Program-made: the position numbers and the translations under genes | Source: Cetobacterium somerae | GTDB lineage: Bacteria > Fusobacteriota > Fusobacteriia > Fusobacteriales > Fusobacteriaceae | Length of the DNA stretch: 24,000 nt | Assembly: GCF_022430525.1 (NCBI RefSeq) | Contig: NZ_CP092519.1 | Location: forward strand, 784,454-808,453 | Direction: 5' to 3' | Shown: piece after piece, positions 21,348-24,000 of the stretch | Layout: each line of letters starts with the position of its first letter | Numbering within the stretch: position 1 is the stretch's first letter | Notes under the pieces: generated by a model | The model's database searches: none | Told to the model about the DNA's origin: nothing | Seen by the model: only the letters and a program-made list of their open reading frames with translations

Positions 21348-22733
21348 CTATACTCTCTCTAAGAATTTTTTAAAGTTTTTTATGATTATAGAGTACTCAT
21401 CACTGTGAATTGTTTTTAAATCAATAAAAAATTGATTGTTTTGAACTCTTCCAACAATAGGTGTATCCTCTTTTAAAAAAGCTGTTTCAATTTGTTTTCC
21501 ATCTAAAGAGATGATAGCAACACCATAACTATCGATAGTTGCATCAGGCATAGAGCCACCGCCAATTATAGCTTTTGTTTCAATAATTTCACTATCTATT
21601 TCAATATCTTTTAAAAGATTCTTTAAGACCTCTGCTCTTTTAAAAACTTCACTTATAGGTTCTAAAATTCTATTTAAAGTAGGATTTTTTTCGATGGCAA
21701 CCTTTTCATCAACATATTGTTTAAAAGTAAATTCTAAAGCACTAATAGTCATTTTGCAAACTCTAAAAGCTCTTAAGAATTGATTTTTTTTCAATTTTGA
21801 AATTAACTCTTTCTTTCCAATAATTACTCCACATTGTGGTCCACCTAAAAGTTTATCCCCACTAAAAGTAATTAAATCAATGCCAGAGCTTAAAGATTCG
21901 AAAATTGTAGGTTCCTTTTTTTGTCCATACTTAGAAAAATCTATTAGTACACCACTACCTAGGTCTTCCATTGAAATTATTCTGTGTTCTTTTGCTAATT
22001 CAGCAATCTCTTTATTAGACACAGATTTTGTAAAACCAGAGATATGATAGTTAGATGTATGAACTTTTAAAAGCATTGATGTATTTTCATTTATTGCTTT
22101 TTGATAGTCAGCTAGATGCGTTCTATTAGTAGTTCCAACTTCCACAAGTTTAGCACTTGAGAGTTCCATAATATCTGGAATTCTAAATGAGCCACCAACT
22201 TCTACAAGTTCTCCTCTAGATATAATAACCTCTGTATTTTTACTGAATTCGTTTAAACAAAGCATAACAGCAGCAGCGTTATTATTAACTACTAATGCAG
22301 CTTCAGCACCAGTAACTTTTGCAATAAGATCTTCTACATGAGAGTATCTACTTCCTCTTTCACCTGTCTTTAAATCAAATTCAAGATTACTATATCCGCA
22401 AAGTGAATTTTGTAGATGCTCAATTAATTCTTTTGAAAAAAGAGCTCTTCCTAAATTTGTATGTAGGATAGTTCCTGTACCATTTATAACTCTTTTAAAA
22501 TTAAACTCTAAATTTTTAGTTAGAGATTTTGTAATTTCCTTTTCGATATCTTCAATAGAGTATTGAGTGATAACTTCCTCAAGAATTCCTTTTCTAAAAA
22601 AGTTAATTCCTTCATTAACAGCGTCGTAAACCTCTTTATAAGGTTTATCTTTAAAAAACTCCTTTTCATTTAGTAGATCGATAACTTTATCTACTTTAGG
22701 AAGATTTCTTAAAAGAGTTTGTTTATTAGTCAT
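21348..22733 (-). CDS. selA: L-seryl-tRNA(Sec) selenium transferase SelA
   Basis: 461 aa. It has the PLP-lysine motif FSGDKLLGGPQCG and the segments NNNAAAVML and GELVEVGGSFRIPD. Confidence 0.9.
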   Translation of the reverse strand: MTNKQTLLRNLPKVDKVIDLLNEKEFFKDKPYKEVYDAVNEGINFFRKGILEEVITQYSIEDIEKEITKSLTKNLEFNFKRVINGTGTILHTNLGRALFSKELIEHLQNSLCGYSNLEFDLKTGERGSRYSHVEDLIAKVTGAEAALVVNNNAAAVMLCLNEFSKNTEVIISRGELVEVGGSFRIPDIMELSSAKLVEVGTTNRTHLADYQKAINENTSMLLKVHTSNYHISGFTKSVSNKEIAELAKEHRIISMEDLGSGVLIDFSKYGQKKEPTIFESLSSGIDLITFSGDKLLGGPQCGVIIGKKELISKLKKNQFLRAFRVCKMTISALEFTFKQYVDEKVAIEKNPTLNRILEPISEVFKRAEVLKNLLKDIEIDSEIIETKAIIGGGSMPDATIDSYGVAIISLDGKQIETAFLKEDTPIVGRVQNNQFFIDLKTIHSDEYSIIIKNFKKFLERV

Positions 22734-22743
22734 AATATTCCCC

Positions 22744-23769
22744 TTATCTAACTACAATATATTTTCCGTTATATTTATCTACAGTTCCAATTAAAGATGA
22801 TTTTATTTGAAGAGTATTTAGTTTTTCCATAACCTCTGATGCGTATTTTGAAGAAACAGAAAATAGTAAACCACCAGATGTTTGTGGATCTAGCATAATC
22901 TCTTGTAACCAAAATGGAACTGCTGAAATATCAACTTTATCATTTAAATAGTTTCTATTTTTTTGTCCCATAGAGTTTATATAAAACTCTTTGGCGAACT
23001 CTTTAGCAATATCTAAATATGGAATAAGTTCTTGTTCTAAAACAAAAGTTTTTTCAGAAGCTACTGCCATTTCATATGCGTGTCCTAAAAATCCAAATCC
23101 TGTAATATCTGTACAAGCAGTTATTGGGTAGTTTCTTATAATTTCAGCAGAGTATTTATTTAAAGTTGTCATTATTTCAATCCACTCAGTTTTTACTTCA
23201 TCAGAGAGAGTTTCAACTTTAGAAGCTGTAGAAATGATACCTGTTCCAAGAGGTTTTGTAATGATTAAAACATCCCCTTCTTGAGAACCGTAATTTTTAA
23301 AAACTTTATCAGGATGTACAAGTCCAGTTACAGAAAGACCATATTTAATCTCAGGATCATGAATAGAGTGTCCACCACTTAGAACAGCTCCAGATTCAGC
23401 AATTTTTTCAGCTCCACCTCTTAAAATTTCGCCTAAAATTTCGATATTTTCCTTTTCAGGAAAACAAACTATATTCATAGCTGTTCTAGGTTCTCCTCCC
23501 ATTGCATAAACATCACTTAAAGAGTTAGCCGCAGCTATTTGTCCAAATATATATGGATCATCAATCATAGGTGTAAAAAAGTCTAAAGTTTGGATTAAAG
23601 CTATATCATCTGTTAATTTATATATAGCAGCATCATCAGATTTTTCAAAACCAACAATTAAATTTTTATCTTCCACACTTGGAAGGTTTTTTAATAAACT
23701 TGAAAGAACCTCCGGTCCTATTTTGCTTGCTCAACCACCAATTGAGCATCTATCTAATAAAAGTTTCAT
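22744..23769 (-). CDS. selD: Selenide, water dikinase (selenophosphate synthetase) SelD, a selenoprotein with Sec at codon 13
   Basis: The ORF track stops at 23676. Reading on in the same frame gives ATG(23769) MKLLLDRCSIGG-UGA-ASKIGPEVLSSLLKNLPS-VEDKN. The UGA (plus-strand tca, 23731-23733) aligns with the catalytic Cys/Sec of the G-(C/U)-x-x-K motif. A GGAGG RBS lies at 23776-23780. Total length is 341 codons. Confidence 0.88.
23705..23719 (-). promoter_or_regulatory. Candidate bacterial SECIS hairpin for the selD UGA
   Basis: The minus strand reads AGGACC-GGA-GGUUCU, a 6-bp stem including one G.U pair with a G-rich apical loop. It starts 11 nt after the UGA. The position is right for a bacterial SECIS, but the stem is short. 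Confidence 0.4.
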
Positions 23770-23805
23770 TTAGCGCCTCCTTATTCATAAAAAATGAACC
23801 TATAA

Positions 23806-23811
23806 ATTATA
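23806..23811 (-). promoter_or_regulatory. Candidate extended -10 element of the selDAB promoter
   Basis: The minus strand reads TGgTATAAT, about 36 nt upstream of the selD ATG, in the 48-nt gap after the upstream gene's stop. Confidence 0.4.
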
Positions 23812-23817
23812 CCACAA

Positions 23818-24000
23818 TTATATATTTAATACCATACCGCCTTCTAAATTATCAACTGTTGAAACTGTGATACTATTTTTATTTAAAATATCTAAAAGAG
23901 TTAATAATATTAGATTTCCAGCAATAATAACATCAGCACGGTTAGGTTCTAAACCAATAATTTTTTTACGATCTTCTAAAGTTTTACTTAAAAATAGATA
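23818..24000 (-). CDS. C-terminal 60 codons of a Ppx/GppA-family phosphatase-like protein (the gene starts beyond the window end)
   Basis: The minus-strand frame reads YLFLSKTLEDRKKIIGLEPNRADVIIAGNLILLTLLDILNKNSITVSTVDNLEGGMVLNI, with the TAA stop at 23820..23818. The pattern RAD(I/V)IxxG...vs...l(R/E)eG resembles the end of the Ppx-GppA domain. Confidence 0.5.
   Translation of the reverse strand, partial: YLFLSKTLEDRKKIIGLEPNRADVIIAGNLILLTLLDILNKNSITVSTVDNLEGGMVLNI

Noticed and set aside
23679-23870. Plus-strand 63-aa ORF
   Set aside because: It occupies the space left by the UGA-interrupted N-terminus of selD on the opposite strand and is explained by that gene.

Overview
This is a low-GC (roughly 30% by eye), densely packed bacterial chromosomal window, in the style of a Fusobacteria- or Clostridia-like anaerobe. 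I saw no transposase, integrase, CRISPR array or rRNA. It splits into three blocks. (A) 1-6483, minus strand: a guanine-class purine riboswitch with a terminator leads an operon. The operon encodes an NCS2 purine permease, a three-subunit xanthine-dehydrogenase-family molybdenum hydroxylase (FAD, 2Fe-2S and Mo subunits), a fused YqeC::MocA maturation protein and xpt. YqeC is the marker for selenium-dependent molybdenum hydroxylases. (B) 6845-16340: a YdhF-like aldo-keto reductase, followed by a cluster collinear with E. coli ebgR-ebgA-ebgC-ygjI-ygjK. That cluster comprises a LacI regulator, a GH2 beta-galactosidase with its EbgC subunit, an APC-family permease and a GH63 lipoprotein glucosidase. 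(C) 16353-23769: a selenium block. It contains tRNA-Sec (selC), a DUF3343 plus YedF pair, a divergent APC permease, an SRPBCC protein, and selD-selA-selB. selD is itself a selenoprotein; its in-frame UGA at 23731-23733 truncated it in the ORF track. A Ppx/GppA-like gene tail sits at the right edge. The leads most worth following are the YqeC::MocA fusion and riboswitch-controlled hydroxylase-xpt operon, the YedF/DUF3343/APC/SRPBCC module with no YedE in the window, the cross-phylum conservation of the functionally unexplained ebg-ygj cluster, and an orphan promoter-terminator unit at 6722-6828. All calls come from reading the sequence and recalling family motifs; no searches were run.
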